Shown here: positions 8,451-17,415 of the stretch, piece after piece
How positions within the stretch are numbered: position 1 is the first letter of the stretch
Layout of the letters: the number at the start of each line of letters is the position of its first letter
NCBI GenBank assembly: GCA_030615265.1
Contig: JAUWZP010000003.1
Coordinates: 1-49,923 of the forward strand
Reading direction: 5' to 3'
DNA length: 49,923 bases
Source: Candidatus Bathyarchaeota archaeon
GTDB taxonomy: Archaea; Thermoproteota; Bathyarchaeia; Bathyarchaeales; Bathyarchaeaceae
Notes under the pieces: generated by a model
Databases searched by the model: none
Told to the model about the DNA's origin: nothing
The model's input: the letters and a program-made list of their open reading frames with translations, nothing else
Translations under genes and position numbers: made by a program

Positions 8451-11333
8451 ATGATAAATATGAGCAAAATGCTCACGTTAGCGTTTATTCTTGGGATCAT
8501 TCTCCTGGGCATGTTAACGTTAGCATCTAACATTCAACAAGTTAAGGCAATCGGAACCGTTTACATAAGGGCTGACGGTTCAATAGACCCTCCAACAGCA
8601 CCCATACAACGTAACGGAGACCTTTACACACTAACTGGAAACATCACAAGCGATTCTGCGGGGATTGTGATTGAAAGAAACAACATTGTTCTTGACGGGG
8701 CAGGTTACACTGTTCAATTTTTTGGAGTTCATAGTTCATCTGATCAAGCTGGAATAATCTTGACTGACAGAAGTCAAGTAACTGTTAAGAATGTGAACAT
8801 CAAGGAATTCGTTACCGGAATGCAAGTCTTCCACTCTATAGACCTCAACATTTCTGGAAACAATTTGATAAGCAACCTCTGGGGCGTCTATCTCTGGGAT
8901 TCACATGACAGCACGATTTCCGAAAACAATCTAACAGAAAACGGGGATCATGGTATCTATCTCGATGGTTCTTCAAATAACAACATAACCAGAAATAACA
9001 TGGCGAACTCGGGTTTGAGAATTCGAATTGATTCTCCAAATAACAGAATTCTTGAAAACACTTTCATTAATGCCGGTCTATATGTATACGGCTCTCTTGA
9101 CAGCATCGTAGAAGGAAACACTGTAAATGGGAGACCTCTCGTCTACCTTGATGGTGCATCAGACCGCACCGTGGACGATGCGGGACAACTCATACTGATT
9201 GACTCTAACAATATCAAAGTAGAAAATCTTAGTATATCTAACACATCGTATGCTCTACAGCTATTGAGAACAAATAACAGCATCATAACAAACAACAACT
9301 TTGTAGGTAATGCAGGCGGCATAAGTCTGCGGGGTTCTTCCAATAACAGTATAGTGAGAAACAAGATAGTAGCAGGCACGGAGGTCGGCATTTATCTATC
9401 TTCTTTTTCCTCAAATAATAGCATAGTCGAAAATAATGTTACAGACAACCATGCAGGCGTGTGGCTCGGCGGTTCCCCAGGCAACAGCATAACAGAAAAC
9501 AACATAACAGCAAGTGGATGGAGTGGTCTCTACCTCGGCGGTTCAAACTATAACAGAGTTTTTCGAAACAACTTAGTAGACAATAACTATGGCATCCGGT
9601 TTGACTCTTCTCAAGGCAACAACGTATATGAAAACAACATAACAGCAAGCGAATATTCGGGTCTCAGCCTCAGTGGGTCTTCAGACAATAACACGGTTTC
9701 TCGAAACAGCTTAGCAGACAACAACTACGGCATCAGTTTTTCTGGCTTTTCTTCAGGCAATAACGTATTTGAGAACAACATCACACAAAACCATGAATAT
9801 GGTATTTACCTTGAACAGTCTTCAGGCAACAAATTTTATCACAACAACTTTGTAGGTAACACAAACCAAGGTTTTGCGTATGACTCAGTGAATGTATGGG
9901 ATGATGGCTATTTTTCTGGTGGAAACTACTGGAGTGATTACTCTGTTACTGATGAGAAAAGCGGTTCAACCCAAGACCAACCAGGAAGCGACGGCATAAG
10001 AGACATACCTCACAGCCTTGCAGCTGGTAATTCAGATCGTTATCCACTTGTGGACATTTACAGTATAGTTCCTAGCTATCCTATTGCAGTCTTCACCTAT
10101 TCGCCAAGCGACCCAATTAGCGGTCAAATCGTAGTTTTCAATGCATCCAACAGCACCTCGGAGAATGGCACAATAACAACCTACTATTGGAGCTTCGGCG
10201 ATGGAGCCTTCAGCGGAGGCTCAGGTACCACTCATGAATATGCGTCGTATGGAGATTACAAGATCACGCTGACAGTAGTTAGCAACAGTCGCTTGTTAAG
10301 TAACCAAACCAGATTGATATATGTGAGAGAAAGGCCAATTGCCAGCTTTCAGGTTTTTCCAGTGTTCAACCTTTCAGCAGGTCAAGCGATAACGTTTAAT
10401 GCTTCATTATCAAACCCACGCGGCGGAAATATCACAGATTACATTTGGAATTTCGGAGACGGAAACACGACGTCAACGGCAGAACCAGTTGTTACTTACA
10501 CCTATTCACAAGCAATAACTTACAATGTCACGTTGACAGTTCAAGATAGCGAAGATTTGAATTCATCATACTTTCAGATGATTAAAGTCTGGATGCCTAC
10601 ATCTATTTCGATTTCAACAAGCCCGTCGTCTACGTTTGTTGGCTTCGCAGCAGTCATCAATGGCACCCTTTACGATGTTTATGGAAACGGTTTGGAAAAC
10701 CAAACAGTAGTTCTCTACTACACTTTTCCAGGAGCAAACACTTGGGTTCCAATAACCTCCGACACAACAGACCAGCTTGGCAAATACTACGTTAACTGGA
10801 TTCCGCCTGCCACCGGCTACTTCACAGTCAAGGCAATATGGACCGGAAACGCCACACATTTTGAAGCAAACAATACCATCTCTTTAAGCATATTACCTTA
10901 TCAAAATGAGTACGTTTTCTCTGTTACATCTAACTCAACAGTCTCTACTTTGTCTTTTGATTCTGAAAGTAGAGAGCTAAACTTCGATGTGACTGGTCCT
11001 TCAGGAACCATTGGATACGTCAACGTATTTATCGCGAAAGGTCTCATTGCGGACATAGAGGACATTGAGGTAAAACTTAACGATGAGGAAGTAGATTTCG
11101 CAGTCACTTCCTTGGATGATTCATGGCTTCTTCACTTCACCTACCTACACAGCACACATGAAGTAACCATATCCCTAGGCCGCGTCTCCGCCCCGTTTAT
11201 AGAAAGCCTTCTCGGAGGGATTATAATTTTTGCAATAGTGTCTATCACAGTAATAGTCATCATTGTCCTCTTTGTCTTGAAAAGGAAACTCAAGTCGAAC
11301 CAAAAAGAGCCTGTGACAGTAGCTAGATCTTAA
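8451..11333 (+). CDS. Cell-surface protein: NosD/pectin-lyase-like beta-helix, two PKD domains, C-terminal TM anchor
   Basis: Signal peptide; many GIxLxxSxNNxIxxNxI repeats; GNYWSDY; YYWSFGDG and YIWNFGDG PKD motifs; C-terminal TM followed by a KRK tail. Confidence 0.9.
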   Translation: MINMSKMLTLAFILGIILLGMLTLASNIQQVKAIGTVYIRADGSIDPPTAPIQRNGDLYTLTGNITSDSAGIVIERNNIVLDGAGYTVQFFGVHSSSDQAGIILTDRSQVTVKNVNIKEFVTGMQVFHSIDLNISGNNLISNLWGVYLWDSHDSTISENNLTENGDHGIYLDGSSNNNITRNNMANSGLRIRIDSPNNRILENTFINAGLYVYGSLDSIVEGNTVNGRPLVYLDGASDRTVDDAGQLILIDSNNIKVENLSISNTSYALQLLRTNNSIITNNNFVGNAGGISLRGSSNNSIVRNKIVAGTEVGIYLSSFSSNNSIVENNVTDNHAGVWLGGSPGNSITENNITASGWSGLYLGGSNYNRVFRNNLVDNNYGIRFDSSQGNNVYENNITASEYSGLSLSGSSDNNTVSRNSLADNNYGISFSGFSSGNNVFENNITQNHEYGIYLEQSSGNKFYHNNFVGNTNQGFAYDSVNVWDDGYFSGGNYWSDYSVTDEKSGSTQDQPGSDGIRDIPHSLAAGNSDRYPLVDIYSIVPSYPIAVFTYSPSDPISGQIVVFNASNSTSENGTITTYYWSFGDGAFSGGSGTTHEYASYGDYKITLTVVSNSRLLSNQTRLIYVRERPIASFQVFPVFNLSAGQAITFNASLSNPRGGNITDYIWNFGDGNTTSTAEPVVTYTYSQAITYNVTLTVQDSEDLNSSYFQMIKVWMPTSISISTSPSSTFVGFAAVINGTLYDVYGNGLENQTVVLYYTFPGANTWVPITSDTTDQLGKYYVNWIPPATGYFTVKAIWTGNATHFEANNTISLSILPYQNEYVFSVTSNSTVSTLSFDSESRELNFDVTGPSGTIGYVNVFIAKGLIADIEDIEVKLNDEEVDFAVTSLDDSWLLHFTYLHSTHEVTISLGRVSAPFIESLLGGIIIFAIVSITVIVIIVLFVLKRKLKSNQKEPVTVARS

Positions 11334-11445
11334 ACTTGATGACTGTTATCGAAAGTTTTCTGCGGAATAACAATTCTTTCAAAGGTCGCAGTCTCTATGA
11401 CAAGCTTTTTTATGTAGTTTACCCCTGTGAGTGGTGAACACCTAG

Positions 11446-12192
11446 GTGACAAAAAGTATGTCACAACCCGCAAAAACCCTCGAAAACAACATAGACGGTA
11501 ATGATGAAAAATGTCCAGAAATGTCACAATTAATGGAAGATACTGTCCAACCGCAACCACTAGAGGGATTAAACAGTGCTTCTTTTCCAGAATTAACCGA
11601 TTTACAAGGTTTTCAAGGTGAAAATAGTGAAGGTTTCAGCACAGTTTTGACAGAAAAACACGGTTTAAAGCGAAGAAACATGCCTTCCTACCGCATAATC
11701 AACAAGAATTTGAAGAGTAAGAAGCAGTATTGGAAGGAGCGCAACCGCAGAAAAGAAGTGTTGAGGTTAAGCGGTGAATGGCTTACTTATCCTCAAATAG
11801 CAAAGAAGCTAGGTATAAGCACGAAGACTGTGCAACGTGACATGAAGAAGATAGCTCCATACCAAAAAGGGATACTTCTTAGACATTTACGGGAGCTTGA
11901 GGAAAAACGGATTCTAAAGTTTGAGAAGTTAATGGGTCACATGACGTTGAATCAACGGTTCAGAGCCTTAACCAACATGATTATCAAGCAACGTAAACAG
12001 AGGCGTGGGCGTGAGTATAGGAAGCATTTAGTCAAGGTTTTCATTAACATGGATGACGCGATACAAGGTATTCCACGTATCACGCACTGGCCTAACACTA
12101 AACACTTTAAACTCACTATGCCAATGCGAATGCAGTTTTTTGTCGTGATAAAAGGGATGAAACTGTATATGGGCATGTGGGAGCTGTCTTAG
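11446..12192 (+). CDS. HTH DNA-binding protein (likely start ATG 11680)
   Basis: LTYPQIAKKLGISTKTVQRDMKKI helix-turn-helix; the first 78 codons are low-complexity. Confidence 0.7.
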   Translation: MTKSMSQPAKTLENNIDGNDEKCPEMSQLMEDTVQPQPLEGLNSASFPELTDLQGFQGENSEGFSTVLTEKHGLKRRNMPSYRIINKNLKSKKQYWKERNRRKEVLRLSGEWLTYPQIAKKLGISTKTVQRDMKKIAPYQKGILLRHLRELEEKRILKFEKLMGHMTLNQRFRALTNMIIKQRKQRRGREYRKHLVKVFINMDDAIQGIPRITHWPNTKHFKLTMPMRMQFFVVIKGMKLYMGMWELS

Positions 12193-12193
12193 G

Positions 12194-12277
12194 ATGCTTG
12201 AGAAGCTGAAACGTCTAGGTCATTTCATAATAGAAGCAATATGGCAGTTAACGGAGAAGGACCGTAAACGTAAGTAG
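12194..12277 (+). CDS. Putative 27-aa peptide (not in ORF track)
   Basis: MLEKLKRLGHFIIEAIWQLTEKDRKRK*, starting 1 nt after the HTH gene stop. Confidence 0.35.
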   Translation: MLEKLKRLGHFIIEAIWQLTEKDRKRK

Positions 12278-12278
12278 G

Positions 12279-12359
12279 TATAGGACTCGTAGCAGAATTT
12301 TTAAAACTGACTATGGAGACATAAGTCTCTCACGCAATTGTTCTGCTACGAATCCCATG
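12279..12359 (-). repeat. Long inverted repeat / stem-loop
   Basis: Arms TATAGGACTCGTAGCAGAA and TTCTGCTACGAATCCCATG; inner hairpin GAGAC-ATAA-GTCTC. Confidence 0.8.
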
Positions 12360-12454
12360 CTTTGTTGTCAACGTAATCTGACATAAAACGATTTTGCATT
12401 TTTGATACATATCCAACGTCAGTTTTTTCGTGGACTGAAATTTCACAAAAAGGG

Positions 12455-12466
12455 GCATGCATGCAT
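12455..12466. repeat. (ATGC)n tract
   Basis: GCATGCATGCAT preceded by AAAAAGGG. Confidence 0.9.
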
Positions 12467-12536
12467 TCTCCGTTTAATACCGATTGTATAATATACGTGA
12501 AGCAGTGCAAAATTCATTCTGACTGATAATGTTCAG

Positions 12537-13265
12537 GTGGCTGTAAACATGAAGATTCTGAAGTTGTCAGGAACTTACCTGAAAAGAAAGGCGTACCAGC
12601 ACTTGATTTTGGGAACCTTGTGTCTATTTGTTCTTGTTGTCATATTTCTTACAACTGACCCAATTTTGCCTCTTTATATTGACCTAGGGCGGTACGACAA
12701 CACTCGTGCATTTGCAATGATAGTTCCGCTAATTGGGATGCTCATTTTCTACCGACTGCATCGTAGCTACCAGAAAGGCTTTGAAGGAGAAAAACAAGTT
12801 ACCAAAGTTCTTTCTTCAACATTGAGCGACGACTATTTTCTCATCAACGATGTTCAGCTCGTTGCGGGTAAAAAAGGCAACATCGACCATATTGTTCTGG
12901 GACCCACAGGAATATTTGTATTGGAAACCAAAAATTACCGTGGCAAGATTGTATGCTATGAAGATAGTTGGACACGTATAGGTCAGAACCCTTATAAACA
13001 AGCACGCCGCAACGCCTCGACAGTCTATAAGGTTATTAAGGCTTCTGGAATTCTCGCATCAAAACCTCCATGGATTAAAGCGGTTGCAGTTTTCGCTAAC
13101 AAAAAAGTAGAATTAGATAGGCGCAAAGCCCCTTCCAACCCTGAAGTTCTAAAGATTGATGAATTGACCAATTACATAACCCAAGAAACAAGATGTCTAT
13201 CCGCTCAAGAAATTGAGTTAATGAGCAAAGAAATTCTAAACGTGCACGCGAATGTGGGGGGTTAA
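12537..13265 (+). CDS. Membrane-anchored NERD-domain nuclease
   Basis: Two N-terminal TMs; KGFEGEKQV, NIDHIVLGPTGIFVLETKNY and NPYKQARRNA NERD motifs. Confidence 0.88.
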   Translation: MAVNMKILKLSGTYLKRKAYQHLILGTLCLFVLVVIFLTTDPILPLYIDLGRYDNTRAFAMIVPLIGMLIFYRLHRSYQKGFEGEKQVTKVLSSTLSDDYFLINDVQLVAGKKGNIDHIVLGPTGIFVLETKNYRGKIVCYEDSWTRIGQNPYKQARRNASTVYKVIKASGILASKPPWIKAVAVFANKKVELDRRKAPSNPEVLKIDELTNYITQETRCLSAQEIELMSKEILNVHANVGG

Positions 13266-13275
13266 ATCTTAATGC

Positions 13276-13297
13276 CATGCATGCATGCAGCATGTAT
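13276..13297. repeat. (ATGC)n tract
   Basis: CATGCATGCATGCAGCATGTAT between convergent genes. Confidence 0.9.
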
Positions 13298-13327
13298 TTT
13301 TTGCGTTTTCCCATGCTTTTAGGTATA

Positions 13328-14038
13328 TTAACCCTTTTCGCCAATCGGGCAGACGTTTGAGCACTCCTTACACCATAGTACAGAGTATTGTGATACCTCC
13401 TCTAGGTTGCTCTCGCAATAGCTGAGGCAAGCCTCTCTATCGTATTGCCCAGTATCAAATGCGTCTGCCGGACAGGCATCAACACATTTGTTGCATTCGC
13501 GGCAGAAGTCAAGGCTTTCAATGATTGGGTCGGGTTTCAATGATGCGTTAGTATTAACACCGCGTAAACGTATTCGAGGGCCATACTTCTCTGTTACAAG
13601 AAGATTGTTTTTGCCAATAAAACCTAAACCTGCAAGAACCCCTGCACCTTTAAGATAGATCCGGGGCTTATTAGGTGCGGGTTCGGTCCAATATCCCTCT
13701 CGTTCAAGCAAAAGTGAAAGACGTAGTGAGACACCACGCAGGATTTCATCTTCGAATGCACGGTCTGACTTGCCCTGTTGCTTCCAAGAAGGAGGGTGAA
13801 GCCACAGATCCAAAATGGGATCTTCCATCCAGATCGCTAGAACAATAACCGTTTTGGTTCCTTCGGAAGGACGGTTTTCCTCGGGGTACCGCTTGAATCT
13901 CTCAACGTCTGCAAATCCGACGAGGTCAGCTCCCCACTTGATGGATTTTTTCTGAATAAGATGCTTAAGCTGATCAAGTTTCTTCACTGAACTATTTCCA
14001 TCAGACAACCCAACACTTTCTCCAAGGAATTTGTGCAC
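13328..14038 (-). CDS. QueG / reductive-dehalogenase-like 4Fe-4S protein
   Basis: GADLVGFAD, AGLGFIGKNNLLVTEKYGPRIRL, CRECNKCVDACP, C...CKECSNVCP. Confidence 0.85.
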   Translation of the reverse strand: MHKFLGESVGLSDGNSSVKKLDQLKHLIQKKSIKWGADLVGFADVERFKRYPEENRPSEGTKTVIVLAIWMEDPILDLWLHPPSWKQQGKSDRAFEDEILRGVSLRLSLLLEREGYWTEPAPNKPRIYLKGAGVLAGLGFIGKNNLLVTEKYGPRIRLRGVNTNASLKPDPIIESLDFCRECNKCVDACPADAFDTGQYDREACLSYCESNLEEVSQYSVLWCKECSNVCPIGEKG

Positions 14039-14162
14039 GGTTTAAGCATTGAACCGCATATATATAGATAGTCTTGCATGCACGCGTGAGGGTGGCTTCG
14101 GTTTCTGAAATATGTCTGGAATCGTAATCATCACTATATTCTTTCGTTCCTGAATACTATTC

Positions 14163-14723
14163 ATGCGATCTATAGATATTCTGTTGGTTAATGGTGAGCC
14201 TGAGAATGAACGAGATGTAATCAGGATTGTTGAAGATGCGTCGAATTTTTTTCCGATAGAAACGTGGGGCGATGTTAAATATCTTGCAAAACTCATGTTG
14301 GAGCATGACGTTACGATAGCGACTGGTGGAGAATCTTTTGGAGCATTTCTTTTTGAAAAGTTAACTAAAAGGATCGGAAGGATAAAACGCTCCAATAAGT
14401 TGACGAACCTTCTGTTGGGAATAACACCTGATCCAATAATAGCGGTGTACTATTTCCTTGATGGAAGACGCTTCAGAAGGACGCTTCATCTTGTTCATGA
14501 TTACGTTGATGAAAGAATTGGAGTTGTCTCCCTTTTCCGGGTCAACGAAGAGTCTTCAAGCAAGGTTGTAGCCCACGGATTAGGACACAATAGAGGTCTG
14601 CGTCACCATCTGGAACCAATTGACCTTATGTACACCGAACTTCTGAGAACATCCACACTCCAGGTAGAAGGCTTCTGCAAGGTTTGTGTGCGCAAGTTGA
14701 CAGAAGATCGGAAAAACACTTAG
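14163..14723 (+). CDS. Archaemetzincin-like protein with a degenerate active site
   Basis: KVVAHGLGHNRGLRHH, then DLM (Met-turn position) and FCKVC; the Glu of HExxH is Gly. Confidence 0.65.
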   Translation: MRSIDILLVNGEPENERDVIRIVEDASNFFPIETWGDVKYLAKLMLEHDVTIATGGESFGAFLFEKLTKRIGRIKRSNKLTNLLLGITPDPIIAVYYFLDGRRFRRTLHLVHDYVDERIGVVSLFRVNEESSSKVVAHGLGHNRGLRHHLEPIDLMYTELLRTSTLQVEGFCKVCVRKLTEDRKNT

Positions 14724-14740
14724 GCAGGTTTTTGAAAGGC

Positions 14741-15157
14741 TCAATATTCTGGAGGCATACCACCCGGCATGCACGCATGCGGAGCTTCAGTTTTTCCACC
14801 AGATATTACATCGTCGATCCTCAAGATCATTGAAGCGGATTCCACAGCGGATTTTAAGGCCTGTTCCTTAACGCTCAACGGTTCGATAACCCCTCTCTTG
14901 TACATGTCAACTATGCATGCATGATTTGCAACGATATAATCTATCTTTTTGATGTCCAACTGTTTTAGGTTGTCAATCAACGCACGTGTCATAGTTGGAT
15001 CAACAGTGTCTATCAGAGCCGTCTTTTCATTTCCCTTGATTAGATAAGAGTTGTAACTTGTTCCGTCGGGGAGGGGAATAAGTTCATCGAAAAGTCGCCT
15101 GTCCCAATCAACTGCCCCAACCCAGTAGATTCCTGCTTTAATCTTTCTTGGTTTCAT
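14741..15157 (-). pseudogene. Chimeric ORF: flavodiiron protein (FprA) N-terminus fused to a thermosome C-terminus at an (ATGC)n tract
   Basis: [41 protein letters not shown]...DYIVANHA | C | [37 protein letters not shown]...MPGGMPPEY; junction ATGCATGCATG at 14913-14923. Confidence 0.9.
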
Positions 15158-15320
15158 CTTGTTCCACCATTTCAAATTGATCCTTTGTTGCTCCGCAAAT
15201 TGGACAGACCCAATCGTCTGGCAGTTCTTCAAATGACGTTCCTGGTTTCACTCCAGATTCGGAGTCACCCTCATCCGGATCATATATGTACCCGCAAACA
15301 GTACATCTCCATTTCGTCAA
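15138..15320 (-). CDS. Rubredoxin
   Basis: [15 protein letters not shown]...[11 protein letters not shown]; GGTGA before TTG 15320; upstream of fprA as commonly seen. Confidence 0.95.
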   Translation of the reverse strand: MTKWRCTVCGYIYDPDEGDSESGVKPGTSFEELPDDWVCPICGATKDQFEMVEQDETKKD

Positions 15321-15423
15321 ATGGTCACCTTCTTCATTCTTTGGAGAGAGGACTTTTTTCATAGTTGCTCGACTTATATAGATTTCGCGAAAATGCATGC
15401 GTGTGCAATGATTCGCTCTGGCT

Positions 15424-15495
15424 ATGACGCTTCAAGAAAAAGAAGACACGCGCAGTGCGCTTCTCGAAGTGTCAAAAGAGTTGTTGCATGCATAA
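15424..15495 (+). pseudogene. N-terminal gene fragment (TetR helix-1-like) ending in an (ATGC)n tract
   Basis: [23 protein letters not shown]; the stop comes immediately after TGCATGCA. Confidence 0.4.
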
Positions 15496-15590
15496 GCGGG
15501 TCTATACATACATTCCTCAGAGCAGTGTTCTGTGACCCAATGCAGATGGAAGCAAGTAAGCAATAGTTTCACTATGCTCTGATGCATGCA

Positions 15591-15610
15591 TGCGGGGGAT
15601 ATATCCACTC
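15591..15610 (+). repeat. R1 repeat copy
   Basis: TGCGGGGGATATATCCACTC; 18/20 identical to 25895-25914; flanked by (ATGC)n tracts. Confidence 0.7.
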
Positions 15611-15675
15611 GGATAGGGTTACGCTCGTGTATGCATGCAAGCCTTAAATGCTTCTTTCAATCATAGAAACAATTC

Positions 15676-16599
15676 ATGACGTTAATCGTAGCTGAGAACC
15701 TAGCAAAAAGTTATGGCAGAGTGGTTGCCGTTGATGGTCTAAACTTGACGCTTAACGAGGGTTCTGTCACGGGTCTGATAGGGCCCAACGGCGCTGGGAA
15801 AACCACCACAATCAAAATGACTCTCGGTTTACTGAAGCCAGATAGAGGCTCCGTGAAAGTTTTTGGACAAGACCCTTGGGACAACACAGCCATACGGTCG
15901 CTGATCGGAGTGGTTTATGAAAAAGCATTCTTTCCTCCCCACCAAGAAACTCTAAACTATCTGAAGAGAGTGTGCAGAGTCTTCGGCGTTCCTGAGTCCC
16001 GAGCCATAGAAGTCTTAGAACTCGTGAACCTGCAGGAAGCAAGTGATCGGCAAATTAAAGCTCTTTCAGCGGGCATGCTCCAAAAGTTTGCCATCGCACA
16101 CGCTCTTATTCATGAGCCAAAGCTAATAGTAGCAGACGAAATGACGGCTAACCTTGACCCTCAAGCCAGAAGTGCGCTTTTAGATTTGGTTTTACAACTC
16201 AACAAGGATGAAAAAGTCACTTTTCTTCTCTCTTCTCATATTCTCCCCGAGTTGAGTAGAGTCTGCGACTCGGTGGCAATTATTAACAAAGGCAAAGTTT
16301 GGGCAATTGGAAAACTGACCGAACTCTATGAGAAGTATGCCGTTGGGACCATTAGAATATCCACCGACAACCCTGAAGCGCTAGCCGTTGAAATCAAAAA
16401 GTTAAACTACGTAGAAGGATTAGAAACCGATCTCCGAGGAATCTCAGTTAGAGTAATTGAAGGAAATGAAGAGAAACTTTACGAGGATACTCCCAAACTG
16501 GCAAAGAAAGCCAAAGCCAAAATCTTGGGAATAGAGACGGGAAGCGCTTCCCTAGAAGAACTTTACAGATTGGCGGTGAGCGGGAAGGAAAAGAAGTGA
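15676..16599 (+). CDS. ABC-2 type exporter ATP-binding protein
   Basis: GPNGAGKTT, LSAGM signature, IVADE, SSH. Confidence 0.95.
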   Translation: MTLIVAENLAKSYGRVVAVDGLNLTLNEGSVTGLIGPNGAGKTTTIKMTLGLLKPDRGSVKVFGQDPWDNTAIRSLIGVVYEKAFFPPHQETLNYLKRVCRVFGVPESRAIEVLELVNLQEASDRQIKALSAGMLQKFAIAHALIHEPKLIVADEMTANLDPQARSALLDLVLQLNKDEKVTFLLSSHILPELSRVCDSVAIINKGKVWAIGKLTELYEKYAVGTIRISTDNPEALAVEIKKLNYVEGLETDLRGISVRVIEGNEEKLYEDTPKLAKKAKAKILGIETGSASLEELYRLAVSGKEKK

Positions 16600-16605
16600 T
16601 GACTT

Positions 16606-17415
16606 ATGGGAAAAGGCAAACCGTTTCTGGAAGTTTTCGCCTCCGCTCTGCACGAGGACTACCGATTCCCAATTCTAGAAATCTTTGCGTTTCTATATGC
16701 CCTAAGCACGTTCGTGTTTGCAAATTTCGGACCCGCCATGTCTCCACAAGGCCTCATGAACCCAGAAGCCATGGCTCATTCCTTAACTACTTCGATTCTC
16801 GGTCTACCCCTCTTCATCTTCATCATCCTCATCTTCAAAAACGTCGCCTACGGTTTAGGAGGCGACCTAGAAAAAGGAATCATTCAAACCTACTTCTCAT
16901 ATCCCCTCAAAAGACGCGGAATCCTAACCGCAAAACTTCTCTCAGCACTTGGCGTTGCATTAATTCTCTATCTCACCATTCAGATTTCAGCACTCTACGT
17001 TTTAGCTCCAGACATTGTGTCGCCATACTTGGGCAACGTGCTTCTCACGTATACGGCAAACCTAAGCCCTTCTCTCTTTATCACGGGCATAATCCTCCTA
17101 GTGACACTAACTCTTAGAAAAGGGGGCTTAGCCCTTATCATGGGCATAGTTCTATATTTCGCTATGAACATCATTGGGGCCATAGCAATGATAGTTGCGT
17201 CCAGCACAGGATCTCCCTTAGCCCTTCAAATCATATCAGTGATTTCCCCCCTCATTATCCTATCACAATATTACTCAGCATCCATGCCTTTCGGAGGCGA
17301 ACTCTGGACACCGACCTTCACAGAAGTACTCCTTTACACAGGAGCCAGCTACGTAATTGTGGCTTTTCTCTTCTTCCTAGGATACTTCTATTTCAGCAGG
17401 AGACTTGGCCTATGA
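16606..17415 (+). CDS. ABC-2 type permease
   Basis: About 6 TM helices; DLEKG...YPLKR...AK motif; directly follows the ATPase. Confidence 0.85.
   Translation: MGKGKPFLEVFASALHEDYRFPILEIFAFLYALSTFVFANFGPAMSPQGLMNPEAMAHSLTTSILGLPLFIFIILIFKNVAYGLGGDLEKGIIQTYFSYPLKRRGILTAKLLSALGVALILYLTIQISALYVLAPDIVSPYLGNVLLTYTANLSPSLFITGIILLVTLTLRKGGLALIMGIVLYFAMNIIGAIAMIVASSTGSPLALQIISVISPLIILSQYYSASMPFGGELWTPTFTEVLLYTGASYVIVAFLFFLGYFYFSRRLGL

Noticed and set aside
8451-11333. Internal near-repeats in the surface protein as a DGR-like or CRISPR-like system
   Set aside because: These are ordinary coding beta-helix repeats (e.g. AACAACATAACAGCAAG twice); no reverse transcriptase or template repeat in the window.
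15582-15610. ATGCATGCGGGGGATATATCC resembles the 3' half of a type I-E CRISPR repeat
   Set aside because: No 5' CCCC arm, no regular repeat-spacer period and no cas genes in the window.
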